A stretch of 64,000 nt of DNA, from assembly GCA_902525735.1 (NCBI GenBank), contig CABZIF010000001.1:66813-130812 (forward strand), read 5' to 3'. Below the pieces are notes generated by a model. That model ran no database searches. It was given only the letters and a program-made list of their open reading frames with translations, and was not told the DNA's origin. Below, piece by piece: positions 28,716-38,663 of the stretch (position 1 is its first letter; every line of letters begins with the position of its first letter). The stretch is from an uncultured SAR86 cluster bacterium. GTDB taxonomy: Bacteria; Pseudomonadota; Gammaproteobacteria; Magnimaribacterales; AG-339-G14. The translations under genes and the position numbers were made by a program.

Positions 28716-30020
28716 TTAATATTCTTCAAATAAAAATCCTGCAGTTAGATGAACAAAAGCTTTTGCTCCTAATTCAAGAGAAGGATCACTTACCTCAAAA
28801 TAAGGAGAATGATTTCCCGCTACTTTTGTCCAATCTTTTCCTTCTTCAGTAACTCCAAGAAAGAAAAAGAAACCTGGTACTTGCTGAGCGTAATAAGAAA
28901 AGTCTTCTGCACCAGTTGATCTATCGGTTCTCACAAGAAATTCTTTAGAAGCAACCACTTCTTCCAATATTGGTATTATTCTTGCAGTTAAATTTTCGTC
29001 ATTAATAGTCACTGGATAATTTGCGCCATTAGGGATGATTACTTTTGCTGAGCCTCCATTCATAGCTGCAATACTTTCTGCAATTGTAGTCATTTCTTTA
29101 ATGATTATATCTCTCATTTTTGGGTCATAAGTTCTGATTGTTCCTTCCAAGATAACTTCATCTGGGATGATATTACTTCTCACTCCGCCGTGAACACTCC
29201 CAACAGAAACAACGGCTGGTAAATTTCTTATATCCAATTTTCTAGAAACTATTGTATTAAAGCTATTGACAATTTGAGAGCTGATCATAACTGGATCAAT
29301 ACCAGCCCAAGGAGTTGAACCATGGGCTTGTTTTCCTTTTATAATAATTTTCCAAGAATCAGCTGCAGCCATAGTTGGACCTTCTCTATAAGCTATTACA
29401 CCATGAGGCGCTGGATTAACATGAAGGCCATAAATTACATCGGGTTTGCGTTCTTCGAAAATACCTTCCTGCAGCATAAGTTTTGCTCCCCCTTCTTCAC
29501 CAACGGGAGGACCTTCTTCGGCGGGTTGAAAAATAAACATAATTGATCCGGGAATTTTATCTTTATTCGCCGCAAAAAATTCTGCAACTCCCATTAAAAT
29601 AGCCATATGAGCATCGTGACCACAAGCATGCATTACGCCTACTTCCAAACCATTGTATTTAGCTTTTTGTATTGAAGCATAGGGTAGGCCTGTTCTTTCA
29701 ACTACTGGTAAAGCATCCATGTCTGCTCTTAGAGCAACAAATGGTCCAGGTTTGTATCCTTCTAAAATGGCGATAATTCCAGTTTTAGCTATCCCGGTTT
29801 TCACCTCTAAACCAATTTCTTTTAGGTGATTTTCAATATATTTAGCAGTTTTAAATTCTCTGTTTGAAAGCTCAGGAAATTCATGAAGATGATGTCTCCA
29901 TTTAGTAATTTTTTCTAGTAACTCTTCAGCTTGATTGTTATATAAATTGATAATTTCTGACGAATTTGAAAAAAGAAAAGACGAAGATAAAAATACACAT
30001 ATTAAAAAAATTTTTTTCAT
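28716..30020 (-). CDS. M20D amidohydrolase (aminoacylase/hippurate hydrolase-like), secreted
   Basis: It has a signal peptide and carries WRHHLHEFPELSNRE, ALRADMDALP, MHACGHDAH and QPAEEG. Confidence 0.8.
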   Translation of the reverse strand: MKKIFLICVFLSSSFLFSNSSEIINLYNNQAEELLEKITKWRHHLHEFPELSNREFKTAKYIENHLKEIGLEVKTGIAKTGIIAILEGYKPGPFVALRADMDALPVVERTGLPYASIQKAKYNGLEVGVMHACGHDAHMAILMGVAEFFAANKDKIPGSIMFIFQPAEEGPPVGEEGGAKLMLQEGIFEERKPDVIYGLHVNPAPHGVIAYREGPTMAAADSWKIIIKGKQAHGSTPWAGIDPVMISSQIVNSFNTIVSRKLDIRNLPAVVSVGSVHGGVRSNIIPDEVILEGTIRTYDPKMRDIIIKEMTTIAESIAAMNGGSAKVIIPNGANYPVTINDENLTARIIPILEEVVASKEFLVRTDRSTGAEDFSYYAQQVPGFFFFLGVTEEGKDWTKVAGNHSPYFEVSDPSLELGAKAFVHLTAGFLFEEY

Positions 30021-30682
30021 TTAGCGCTTTCTTTAAATAATTGATCAGCTACAAAGGGGTTAGTCAAACGTTCTTGGCCTAGAGTAGAGATTGGCCCGTG
30101 TCCTGGGATGAAAGTTATGTCATCTCCCAAAGGTAAAAGTTTTTCTCTGATTGCCGATATCAACGCTTCCATATTACCGCCAGGTAAATCAGTTCTTCCT
30201 ACAGAGCCTTGAAATAAAACATCACCTACGATTGCAAGCTTAGATTCAACATGATGAAAGATTACATGACCTGGGGTATGACCAGGACAATGGTAAACAT
30301 CCAATTTCTCTCCATCTAATTCAATTTGATCTCCTTCATTGAGCCACCTATCAGGCGTAAAGTTTTGAGCATTTGGCATGCCATAAGCTTTGCCTTGAGT
30401 TTCTAGTGTTGAGGTGAGAAATTCATCTTCAATTTGAGGTCCCTCTATCACTACATTGAATTTATCGGCTAACGTTTTAGCTTCCGCAGCATGATCTAGA
30501 TGTCCGTGAGTTATAAATATCTTTGATAATGTTAAATTTTGATCCCTGATGAATTTTTCTATTAATTCCAGATCTCCGCCAGGATCGGTGACAGCAGCGA
30601 TTTTTGTTTCTTCTTTCCATATCACAGAACAATTTTGTTGGAACGGAGTGACAGTAATAATTGCTGCTTTAAGAATTGCCAT
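30017..30682 (-). CDS. MBL-fold metallo-hydrolase (glyoxalase II-like)
   Basis: It carries THGHLDHA, CPGHTPGH and a GDVLF...GRTD block. It overlaps the downstream gene by 4 nt. Confidence 0.8.
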   Translation of the reverse strand: MAILKAAIITVTPFQQNCSVIWKEETKIAAVTDPGGDLELIEKFIRDQNLTLSKIFITHGHLDHAAEAKTLADKFNVVIEGPQIEDEFLTSTLETQGKAYGMPNAQNFTPDRWLNEGDQIELDGEKLDVYHCPGHTPGHVIFHHVESKLAIVGDVLFQGSVGRTDLPGGNMEALISAIREKLLPLGDDITFIPGHGPISTLGQERLTNPFVADQLFKESAK

Positions 30683-30711
30683 AATAGTTATTTTTATGGT
30701 TATTATAGCCT

Positions 30712-31701
30712 ATGGAATTTAAACTATTAGATGCATACGGTATAAAAATAAAAACAGTAGTTGAAGGGGAAGGCCCTTTGGTGTTGATGGTACATGGATG
30801 GCCTGAAAGCTGGTATAGCTGGCGACACCAAATACCAAAAATTGCCGAAGCAGGTTATACAGCAGCAGCGATCGATGTCAGGGGTTATGGAGAATCTGAT
30901 AAACCTCACGAAATTGACGCCTACTCACTTAAGAAAATCAGCAATGATGTTATTGGTGTGATTGACTCTCTTGGATTTGAAAAGGCAATTCTGGTAGGAC
31001 ATGACTGGGGAGCACCTATTATACATACCACTGCATTATTCAATGAGAACAGAATAAGTGCTGTTGCTGGTCTTTCCGTTCCTTACAGTCCCAGGGGAGA
31101 AATGTCACAAATTGAATTATTCAAAATGGTATTTGAGGGCAAGTTTTTTTATATTCTTTATTTTCAAAAAGAAGGTGAAGCGGAAGCAGAGTTTGAAAAA
31201 GACATGAAAAAAGGATTAGAGCTGACTTATTTTTCTGGAGATGCTAGAGGCATGCTTAAGCGTTTTGAAAACACAGAAGAGACTTTAGATAAAGATCCAA
31301 ATTCTAGGTTCCTTGAGGGCGCTTATGAATTTGATGTTTACCCGGAATGGATCACCAAAGAAGAAATGGATTATTTTGTTAGTCAGTTTGAAATGAGTGG
31401 AATGCGTGGACCAATTAATAGATATCGCGCCTTGGAAATAGATTTCGAAGATTTGAAAGATTTTAAAGATGCTAAATTAAAACAACCCGCGTCTTTCATT
31501 ACTGGTTCTTTAGATCCAGTAAACTTTTTCAATGGAGTGGGCTATAAAGATGCCGATGATATTAAAAGTATAATTGGCGGGTATTACGAAAACTTGGTTG
31601 ATATTCAAATGATCGAAGGTGCAGGACATTGGGTTCAACAAGAAAAACCTGAAGAGGTAAACAAGCATTTATTAAATTTTTTGAAAGAAGTTACGCAGTA
31701 A
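30712..31701 (+). CDS. Alpha/beta hydrolase, epoxide hydrolase-like
   Basis: It carries HGWPESWYSWRHQ, the nucleophile GHDWGA and a C-terminal GAGHWVQQEKPEEVN. Confidence 0.75.
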   Translation: MEFKLLDAYGIKIKTVVEGEGPLVLMVHGWPESWYSWRHQIPKIAEAGYTAAAIDVRGYGESDKPHEIDAYSLKKISNDVIGVIDSLGFEKAILVGHDWGAPIIHTTALFNENRISAVAGLSVPYSPRGEMSQIELFKMVFEGKFFYILYFQKEGEAEAEFEKDMKKGLELTYFSGDARGMLKRFENTEETLDKDPNSRFLEGAYEFDVYPEWITKEEMDYFVSQFEMSGMRGPINRYRALEIDFEDLKDFKDAKLKQPASFITGSLDPVNFFNGVGYKDADDIKSIIGGYYENLVDIQMIEGAGHWVQQEKPEEVNKHLLNFLKEVTQ

Positions 31702-32737
31702 GCTCGTCTGGCTTAGAGTATCTATCCAAGTTGGCTTCAAACTCATGTAATCTTTTCCAAATACTTCTTAGTTCAGTAATAGTTGTCCAGTTAAAAAGAA
31801 ATAAAGCAAAACCACTGTGCACTCTATCAAAAGCATTTGCTATCTGAATTACAACTCCCAATAGAGCTGCCCCAGTAAACAAACTAGGTCCGATAATTAA
31901 AAAAGGAACTACCACCATAAATTGCCCATAACTTTCAATCCAAATATCAAAATAGCCATAATGCAAATACAATCTTTGATAATTAAATCTTATGCCAGTA
32001 AATAAATTCCACAAAGTATCAGTTTGGGCATAATTAACTTTGTCATCTTCACCTAGAACTAAATCTTTACGAAAAGCAGCTTCTACCTTTTGATTGTTAT
32101 ATTCCAGTCCAGGTAATTTGTAACCAACAAACCAAGAAATTATTAATCCTCCTACAGAAACTGAAAGAGCAGTCCATACCAATGACCCAGGAATATCGCT
32201 AAAGAAGGGAATGGTTACGGATTCGCTCAAACCCCAAAGAACAGGAACAAAGGCAACCAAAGTCATGATTGCTCTTACAAGTTGCAAGCCTAGACTTTCA
32301 ACAATTCGAGCAAACCTATTACAGTCCTCTTGAATCCTCTGACTAGCGCCTTCAATTTCTTCTTCAACGCTTTGCCATCTGGGTATGTAATTGAAGGTTA
32401 TTGCTTGTCGCCATCTAAGACCATAGATCCTAGTAAACCAAGCAGTAAATGTAGCGAGTATCACATAAGGCATAGCAATTACTAAAAAACTTGGTTGGCC
32501 TTCAAATCCATTTACCAAATAATCAGTGGAAATTAAAAAATCATAAAAAATATCTATGCCTTCTTGAGGATCATCTGCAAAGTCAGCAGCTTTTTGAAGA
32601 TGATCGTAAAAGCCTCCATACCAAGTATTAATAGCAACAGTCAGCTGCACTTGAACCCAAAGAGAGGAAATCAAAAGCGCCAAACCACCATAGGCCCATA
32701 GAGCCCACTCTTCAGATTTATAAAATGCTCTAATCAT
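31691..32737 (-). CDS. SbmA/BacA-like inner-membrane peptide transporter
   Basis: It is a 348-aa polytopic protein. The N-terminus WALWAYGGLALLISSLWVQVQLTVAINTWYGGFYD and the later RIQEDCNRFA block resemble the SbmA_BacA family as I remember it. Confidence 0.6.
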   Translation of the reverse strand: MIRAFYKSEEWALWAYGGLALLISSLWVQVQLTVAINTWYGGFYDHLQKAADFADDPQEGIDIFYDFLISTDYLVNGFEGQPSFLVIAMPYVILATFTAWFTRIYGLRWRQAITFNYIPRWQSVEEEIEGASQRIQEDCNRFARIVESLGLQLVRAIMTLVAFVPVLWGLSESVTIPFFSDIPGSLVWTALSVSVGGLIISWFVGYKLPGLEYNNQKVEAAFRKDLVLGEDDKVNYAQTDTLWNLFTGIRFNYQRLYLHYGYFDIWIESYGQFMVVVPFLIIGPSLFTGAALLGVVIQIANAFDRVHSGFALFLFNWTTITELRSIWKRLHEFEANLDRYSKPDELTA

Positions 32738-32773
32738 ATTTTTACTTTAAAATTGATAATAGATTATATCCTG

Positions 32774-33535
32774 ATGAGCTCGACAAGAAATAAATTAAAT
32801 AAAAAATCTAAATTACCTTTCAATATTAATAGAAAAAGTATCTTAGGTATTTTGAGTTTGGCTTATCAAGAATTTGTAGAAAGTTTTTTGACTAAAACAA
32901 AATTTAAAAAACCTAAAGAGTTTGAAGTTTTGGAACTTGTTCGAAAAAAAGCTATCAAAAATAGTCCTGAGTCAATTTTGAAAATAATTGATAATTACGC
33001 ATACAAGAAAACTTTTTTAATGAATATCGGAGATCAAAAAGGGGAGATTCTTGAAGAAGCAATTAGAGATTCACAAGCATCAAATATTTTGGAATTGGGA
33101 GTTTATCTTGGTTACTCTACTATAAGAATATTAAATAATTTAAATGATGTCTCAAAGTTAACTTCTATTGAGGCAAATGAGGAATTTGCTCGAATAGCCA
33201 AAGAACATATTGAAATTTCTGGTTTGTCTAAGAATCATATTCTAAAACTAGGCAAATCAAGTGAGATAATTCCTAAACTAAGAGAGCAATACGATTTTGT
33301 TTTCATAGATCATTGGAAAGATTTATACCTTAAAGATTTAAAATTATTAGAAGAATTTGGCTTGTTAAAAAAGGGGGCTTGGGTATTTGCCGATAATGTA
33401 GTTTTATTTAATCTGGAAGACTACTTAGACTATGTTAGAACTTCTCCTAATTACGAAAGTAAATTCATTCCTACTTTAAGGGAGTATTCAAAATCTCACC
33501 CTGATGGAGTAGAAATATCAAGATATAAATTATGA
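32774..33535 (+). CDS. Catechol-O-methyltransferase-type class I SAM methyltransferase
   Basis: It aligns by eye along most of animal COMT. MNIGDQKGEILEEAI...ILELGVYLGYS corresponds to MNVGDAKGQIMD...VLELGAYCGYS, and FVFIDHWKDLYL...GLLKKGAWVFADNV corresponds to MVFLDHWKDRYL...GLLRKGTVLLADNV. The ATG at 32774 is preferred over the TTG at 32753. Confidence 0.7.
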   Translation: MSSTRNKLNKKSKLPFNINRKSILGILSLAYQEFVESFLTKTKFKKPKEFEVLELVRKKAIKNSPESILKIIDNYAYKKTFLMNIGDQKGEILEEAIRDSQASNILELGVYLGYSTIRILNNLNDVSKLTSIEANEEFARIAKEHIEISGLSKNHILKLGKSSEIIPKLREQYDFVFIDHWKDLYLKDLKLLEEFGLLKKGAWVFADNVVLFNLEDYLDYVRTSPNYESKFIPTLREYSKSHPDGVEISRYKL

Positions 33536-33756
33536 AATTAACCACTTTAGATTTGCATGGTAAACGACACCATGAAGTTGATTTAACAGTAGAAAACTTT
33601 ATTTTTTTAAATCAAGACGATTGCCCTTTGTTGATAATATGTGGAAATAGCCAAAAAATGATTTCATTAGTAATTCAAGTTTTGGACAGAGTGGGATCTA
33701 TTTATGAAGAAGGCAAAGGCCATAACTATGGAACTGTTATAGTTAGACAAATTTAA
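33532..33756 (+). CDS. Small Smr-domain-like protein (degenerate catalytic motif)
   Basis: It begins with LDLHGKRHHEV. ICGNS stands in place of the usual HGxG. Its start overlaps the upstream stop (ATGA). Confidence 0.5.
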   Translation: MKLTTLDLHGKRHHEVDLTVENFIFLNQDDCPLLIICGNSQKMISLVIQVLDRVGSIYEEGKGHNYGTVIVRQI

Positions 33757-34101
33757 ATGAAAATAGAAGACGCAATTTGTATAAACTCAGAAGGTATAAT
33801 AATTGAATCTTTTTCCTCTGAAACTCAATCAAACGAGTATTTACTGGTTGATCTTTTTTGTTTGAAACAGATTTTAAAAAGAACTATTTCTTTTAAAGAC
33901 AATTCCTTTTTTCTTTTTTTAAAAATAATTTTTAGGTCTAACTATTGCCGATCGGCTTCTTCACTTGCATCATTTCTAGATTTATCTATATTTGATATAT
34001 ATAAAACTTTAGATGAAATTTCTCAAAGACAGAATCTTGAAATTAACCCTAAGAATTTCAAAATTATATTATTGCTAACTACATTAAAACAATATGAGTA
34101 A
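33757..34101 (+). CDS. Hypothetical protein
   Basis: It starts immediately after the Smr stop and overlaps the next gene by 8 nt. I recognise no family. Confidence 0.4.
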   Translation: MKIEDAICINSEGIIIESFSSETQSNEYLLVDLFCLKQILKRTISFKDNSFFLFLKIIFRSNYCRSASSLASFLDLSIFDIYKTLDEISQRQNLEINPKNFKIILLLTTLKQYE

Positions 34102-35431
34102 ATTCGATTTAGTCCTTAAAAACTGTTTGCTAGTAAATGAAGGTAAACAGATACAAGTTGACGTCGGCATTTTAGGTGACCGCATAGAAAAAATATCAAG
34201 CGAAATCTCAAGTGAATCCAACAAAGTTATTGATTTAGAGGGTAAGTTTTTAGCACCGGGGATAATTGATGATCAAGTTCACTTTAGAGATCCAGGACTT
34301 ACTGAAAAAGGCGATATTAGATCAGAATCATTAGCCGCAGTTTATGCTGGAGTTACTTCAACTTTTGACATGCCTAATGTAAATCCAAACATGACAACAA
34401 TGGAATTGCTGGCTGAAAGAAATCAATTAGGCGCTGAAAAATCATGGACTAACTACTCTTATTATTTCGGAGCCATGGAAACCAACCTTGAAGAAATTAA
34501 AAAACTCGATCCAAAGGAAACCTGCGGACTTAAGGTATTCATGGGTACTTCTACAGGAACTTTGTTGGTTGAGGATGATCATGCTTTAGAACAGATTTTT
34601 GAACAATGCCCTGTAACTATCGTAACTCATTGCGAAGACAACGAAACAATGCAAAAAAATTTAGAAAAAGTAAAGCAAGAAAATAAAGAAATAGATGCAA
34701 GCTTTCATCCCATTATCAAAGACGATATATGTTGTTACCTTTCTTCTTCAAAAGTAATAAATTTGGCAAAAAAACATGGCTCTGATTTGCATGTCCTGCA
34801 CTTAACTACTGAAAAAGAAATTGAATTATTTAGCAACATAGCTCTGAAAGACAAAAAGATTACCTGCGAAGTCTGCGTACATCATCTTTGGTTTGACGAA
34901 AGAGATTATGCCGAATTAGGAAATTTAATAGTTTGTAATCCAGCTATTAAAAAAAAATCAGATCGAGATGCTTTACGTAAAGCGTTAAAAGAAGGTTACA
35001 TCGATTATGTTGCCACTGATCATGCGCCTCATGTGTATGAAGATAAAAAGCTGCCTTATCTCCAAGCTTCAGCAGGCATTCCCCTTATTGAACATTCTTT
35101 CCATATGATGATAGAACTTCACAAACAGGGTTTTTACACACTTGAAGAAGTTATTTCTTATATGACTCATAAAGTTGCTGATCGTTTTTCAATTATTGAT
35201 CGAGGCTATGTTAGAGAGGGTTACAAAGCAGATCTCATGATGTTTGATCTCAGCAAAGAAACTCTTGTTTCAAATGAGACAGAACTCACTAAATGCGGTT
35301 GGACCCCATTCGATGGAAAAAAATTTAGTTCTTCGGTTTGTGGAACGATAGTGAATGGTCAGCCTATAGTTTTAGATGGAAAAATAGTTGCTGAAAGCCT
35401 TACTTCTGAAAAAATAAGATTCGATAGATAA
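34094..35431 (+). CDS. pyrC: Dihydroorotase-type cyclic amidohydrolase (class I DHOase/allantoinase-like)
   Basis: It carries IIDDQVHFRDPG, FDMPN, the LHVLHLTT region and ATDHAPH. Confidence 0.7.
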   Translation: MSKFDLVLKNCLLVNEGKQIQVDVGILGDRIEKISSEISSESNKVIDLEGKFLAPGIIDDQVHFRDPGLTEKGDIRSESLAAVYAGVTSTFDMPNVNPNMTTMELLAERNQLGAEKSWTNYSYYFGAMETNLEEIKKLDPKETCGLKVFMGTSTGTLLVEDDHALEQIFEQCPVTIVTHCEDNETMQKNLEKVKQENKEIDASFHPIIKDDICCYLSSSKVINLAKKHGSDLHVLHLTTEKEIELFSNIALKDKKITCEVCVHHLWFDERDYAELGNLIVCNPAIKKKSDRDALRKALKEGYIDYVATDHAPHVYEDKKLPYLQASAGIPLIEHSFHMMIELHKQGFYTLEEVISYMTHKVADRFSIIDRGYVREGYKADLMMFDLSKETLVSNETELTKCGWTPFDGKKFSSSVCGTIVNGQPIVLDGKIVAESLTSEKIRFDR

Positions 35432-35442
35432 TTAAACTTAGA

Positions 35443-35610
35443 TTAGCTTTCTTTGAGAGACTCTCTTGTCTCTATTTCAATATTTTTTCTGTAATCAGAC
35501 TCTTGAATATAAATTCCTAAATAAGCCAGGCCAACTGTTACAATCGCCACAACTATGAAGAAAATAATTAAATTTTTTGTAATTTGAGAGTCATTAAGGT
35601 CTTTTGACAT
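35443..35610 (-). CDS. Possible 55-aa single-TM protein (below track threshold)
   Basis: My translation is MSKDLNDSQITKNLIIFFIVVAIVTVGLAYLGIYIQESDYRKNIEIETRESLKES. It fills an otherwise empty 214-bp gap. I see no clear SD. Confidence 0.3.
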   Translation of the reverse strand: MSKDLNDSQITKNLIIFFIVVAIVTVGLAYLGIYIQESDYRKNIEIETRESLKES

Positions 35611-35645
35611 GGAGCATATAATACTTTAGAAAATTTAAAAAAAAA

Positions 35646-36905
35646 GTGAATTCTAAGAAAAAATATTTAAATAAAGAAACTATTTCATGGGCTTTTTATG
35701 ACTGGGCAAATTCTGCATTTGCCACAACGGTAATGGCTGGATTTTTCCCAATTTTTTTTAAAAGTTTTTGGGCTGAAGATTTATCTGGACCAGAAAGCTC
35801 TGCGTGGCTGGGAACGGCAAATTCGATCTCAGGATTGATAATTGTTTGTATTGCTCCTTTCTTAGGAGCTCTTGCAGATATTGCCAATAAGAAAAAATTT
35901 TTTCTTGGACTTTTTGCTTTCTTGGGAATCATTACAACGGGGTCCCTTTTTTTTATTTCTCAAGGAATGTGGATCACCGCTATGTCTGTTTATATATTTG
36001 CTTGCATTGGATTTTCCGGAGGAAATGTTTTTTATGATTCTTTAATAATTAATGTTTCATCGAATGAGAACAGAAACAGAGTTTCTGCTCTAGGTTATTC
36101 ATTGGGATACTTAGGAGGAGGGTTTCTTTTTGTGCTTAATGTTGCGATGTATCAAAATCCAGCATTTTTTGGTCTCAAGTCAATAACTGATGCAGTACTA
36201 TTTTCTTTCTTAAGTGTTTCTATTTGGTGGGGTATCTTTTCAGTACCTCTTTTAAAATTCGTTCAAGAAAAAAAAGAAAATACTACTTCAATAGAATTTT
36301 CAAATCTTTTTGTAAACTCTTTGCAAAGAGTAATTTCGACTTTCAAAGACATTAGAAAATATAAAACTTTGTCTTTATTTCTCTTAGCATATTGGCTCTA
36401 TATGGATGGAATAGACACCATTGTTAGAATGGCATTGGCTTATGGGGCTGATATTGGGTTAGAAGCATCTGACATGATTTTAGCTTTGATCATTACTCAG
36501 TTTGTAGGATTTCCCGCTACTATCATTTATGGAATTTTAGGAGATAAGTTTGGTCTCAAGCTGATGCTTTCTATTGGAATTATTGGATATATTTTCGTAA
36601 CCATATTTAGTACTTTTATTACTCAAATTTCTGGTTTTTATTTTTTAGCAGCTACTATTGGTCTTTTTCAAGGAGGAGTTCAATCTTTAAGCAGAACTAT
36701 TTTTTCTCAATTAATACCATCAGAAAAATCTGCAGAATTTTTTGGTTTTTATAATCTAGTTGGTAAATCTGCAGTAGTTTTTGGACCCATTATGGTTGGT
36801 TGGGTAGCATATACTTTTGATAATCCTGATTTTGGAATTTTGAGTTTATTGCTCTTATTTATACCTGGCTTGTTAGTTTTATGGATGGTTCCAAAAATTA
36901 GATAA
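35646..36905 (+). CDS. MFS transporter (UMF1/Atg22-like family)
   Basis: It has a GTG start and about 12 TM segments. The N-terminus ISWAFYDWANSAFATTVMAGFFPIFF is typical of UMF1. Confidence 0.7.
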   Translation: MNSKKKYLNKETISWAFYDWANSAFATTVMAGFFPIFFKSFWAEDLSGPESSAWLGTANSISGLIIVCIAPFLGALADIANKKKFFLGLFAFLGIITTGSLFFISQGMWITAMSVYIFACIGFSGGNVFYDSLIINVSSNENRNRVSALGYSLGYLGGGFLFVLNVAMYQNPAFFGLKSITDAVLFSFLSVSIWWGIFSVPLLKFVQEKKENTTSIEFSNLFVNSLQRVISTFKDIRKYKTLSLFLLAYWLYMDGIDTIVRMALAYGADIGLEASDMILALIITQFVGFPATIIYGILGDKFGLKLMLSIGIIGYIFVTIFSTFITQISGFYFLAATIGLFQGGVQSLSRTIFSQLIPSEKSAEFFGFYNLVGKSAVVFGPIMVGWVAYTFDNPDFGILSLLLLFIPGLLVLWMVPKIR

Positions 36906-37623
36906 GTTTATTTTGTCTCATAACACTCATTAAACCGGGCGCGTTGTCTGTCATTATTCCATCAACACCTAAATCAATTAGCGTTTGCATTTGCGACTCG
37001 CTATTTATTGTCCAGACATGAACCTTATAGCCATCTTCATGGAGCCTATCGATAAAGTTTTTTGTGATCACTTTAATGCCAAACCTATTAGTTGGGATTT
37101 GAATCAATCTAGAGTTATTTTTTTTCCGAAAAAATTTATACATTATTACTTGTGATACTCCCATTGAGGTCAGAATTTTAGGTTCCAAAGCATTAATTTT
37201 CTTTATTGTTCTTGAATTAAAAGAACCAAGGCAGACTCTTTCTAATGCATTATGCGAATTAATTTTTCTTAAAACCTTTTCTTCAATGTGACTTACTTTG
37301 AGATCCATATTAAAAAAAGAATCCGGAAATTCTTCTAAAAGTTCATCAATAGTTGGAATGGTCTCTCCCGATGGCAATCTTCTCATTCTGATATCAGAAA
37401 ACTTTGTTTCACTTATTGTTATGTTAGCGCCAGTGATTCTTTTTAAGTTAGGATCATGAAAAGTTATTATTTTGTCATCAGCAGTCTCTCTTAAATCCGT
37501 TTCTAAATATTCATAACCTGAAGAAACAGCCGATTGAAAGGCTTCGATAGTGTTCTCTATAAAAAAAGAAGTATCTCCTCTATGGACAAAACCTTGAAAT
37601 TCACTATCTAAAAAAGAATTCAT
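36898..37623 (-). CDS. Glycerophosphodiester phosphodiesterase family protein
   Basis: It carries HRGD...ENT, LETDLRET and HVWTIN...GVDGIMTD. Confidence 0.8.
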   Translation of the reverse strand: MNSFLDSEFQGFVHRGDTSFFIENTIEAFQSAVSSGYEYLETDLRETADDKIITFHDPNLKRITGANITISETKFSDIRMRRLPSGETIPTIDELLEEFPDSFFNMDLKVSHIEEKVLRKINSHNALERVCLGSFNSRTIKKINALEPKILTSMGVSQVIMYKFFRKKNNSRLIQIPTNRFGIKVITKNFIDRLHEDGYKVHVWTINSESQMQTLIDLGVDGIMTDNAPGLMSVMRQNKLI

Positions 37624-37660
37624 AAAGAATTTTTATATATAATCTCTTAAGGGGAGAATA

Positions 37661-38611
37661 ATGACTTTAACAGCATTAACAATTTTTATCACTTTAATAG
37701 CTTTAGTTAGTTTCCCCTATATTTTTAATACTCTAAAATTAAAAAATCCTAACAAAATTAAAATTCCCTCTCATGGAAATCAAGCATCTTTAAACAAAGG
37801 CAAAATATTTTATCGCTGGCATGAGCCTAAGGAATTATTAACAGATGAGATAATTGTATTGGTTCATGGATTTGCAACTCCAAGTTTTGTTTGGAATGGA
37901 ATCATGGAAGATTTGCTTTCAACAGGCAGAAGAGTTTTATCTTATGATCATTTTGGCAGGGGGTATTCTGATCGTCCCAAAGAAAAATATAGTATTAATT
38001 TCTATGTAGATACTTTGGAAGAACTATTAACATTGTTAAAAGTTTCTGAAGATCTTCATTTAATAGGCTATTCTATGGGCGGTCCCATTTCTGCTTTGTT
38101 CTCTCATAGAAATAAACAAAAAATTAAAACTTTAAATTTGATCGCGCCCGCTGGCTATATTCCTGAGCCACACTGGGCAATGAAGTTATTTATGATGCCG
38201 ATAATTGGAGATTATTTTTTTAAGGCTTTTCCATTGATTTATAAAAATATATCAGCATCTGAAACAGAAAATAGTGACGATCCCAAGGCTATAGGTAAAG
38301 AAGAGTTTGAAAATTATTTTTTGCAGCAAGCTTTATACAGAGGCTTCACTGATTCCTTACTATCGACGGCTAGAAATTTTAATATGACAGACTCTTCGGA
38401 GGCTTTTAAAAAAATAGGGCTAGATAAAATTAATACCCAAGTTATTTGGGGCACTCATGACGGAGTTTGTCCTATATCAGGTTTAGAGAAATTAAAACTC
38501 GATATTCCAGAGATAATTTCCAAAGAGATTAAATACGGTACACATGATATTACTTATCGACAACCTACAGAAGTAGGAAAATATCTATCTGATTTCATCA
38601 ATAAAAATTAG
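37661..38611 (+). CDS. Membrane-anchored alpha/beta hydrolase
   Basis: It has an N-terminal TM segment and carries VHGFATPSF, the nucleophile elbow GYSMGG and a late GTHD. Confidence 0.7.
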   Translation: MTLTALTIFITLIALVSFPYIFNTLKLKNPNKIKIPSHGNQASLNKGKIFYRWHEPKELLTDEIIVLVHGFATPSFVWNGIMEDLLSTGRRVLSYDHFGRGYSDRPKEKYSINFYVDTLEELLTLLKVSEDLHLIGYSMGGPISALFSHRNKQKIKTLNLIAPAGYIPEPHWAMKLFMMPIIGDYFFKAFPLIYKNISASETENSDDPKAIGKEEFENYFLQQALYRGFTDSLLSTARNFNMTDSSEAFKKIGLDKINTQVIWGTHDGVCPISGLEKLKLDIPEIISKEIKYGTHDITYRQPTEVGKYLSDFINKN

Positions 38612-38614
38612 AAA

Positions 38615-38646
38615 TAAAAAAACCTCTCCGAAGAGAGGTTTTTTAT
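38615..38646. terminator. Bidirectional intrinsic terminator
   Basis: The hairpin ACCTCTC-CGAA-GAGAGGT is flanked by an A-run and a T-run. It sits between convergent genes. Confidence 0.75.
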
Positions 38647-38663
38647 TAAGTTCTAAGACTTGC

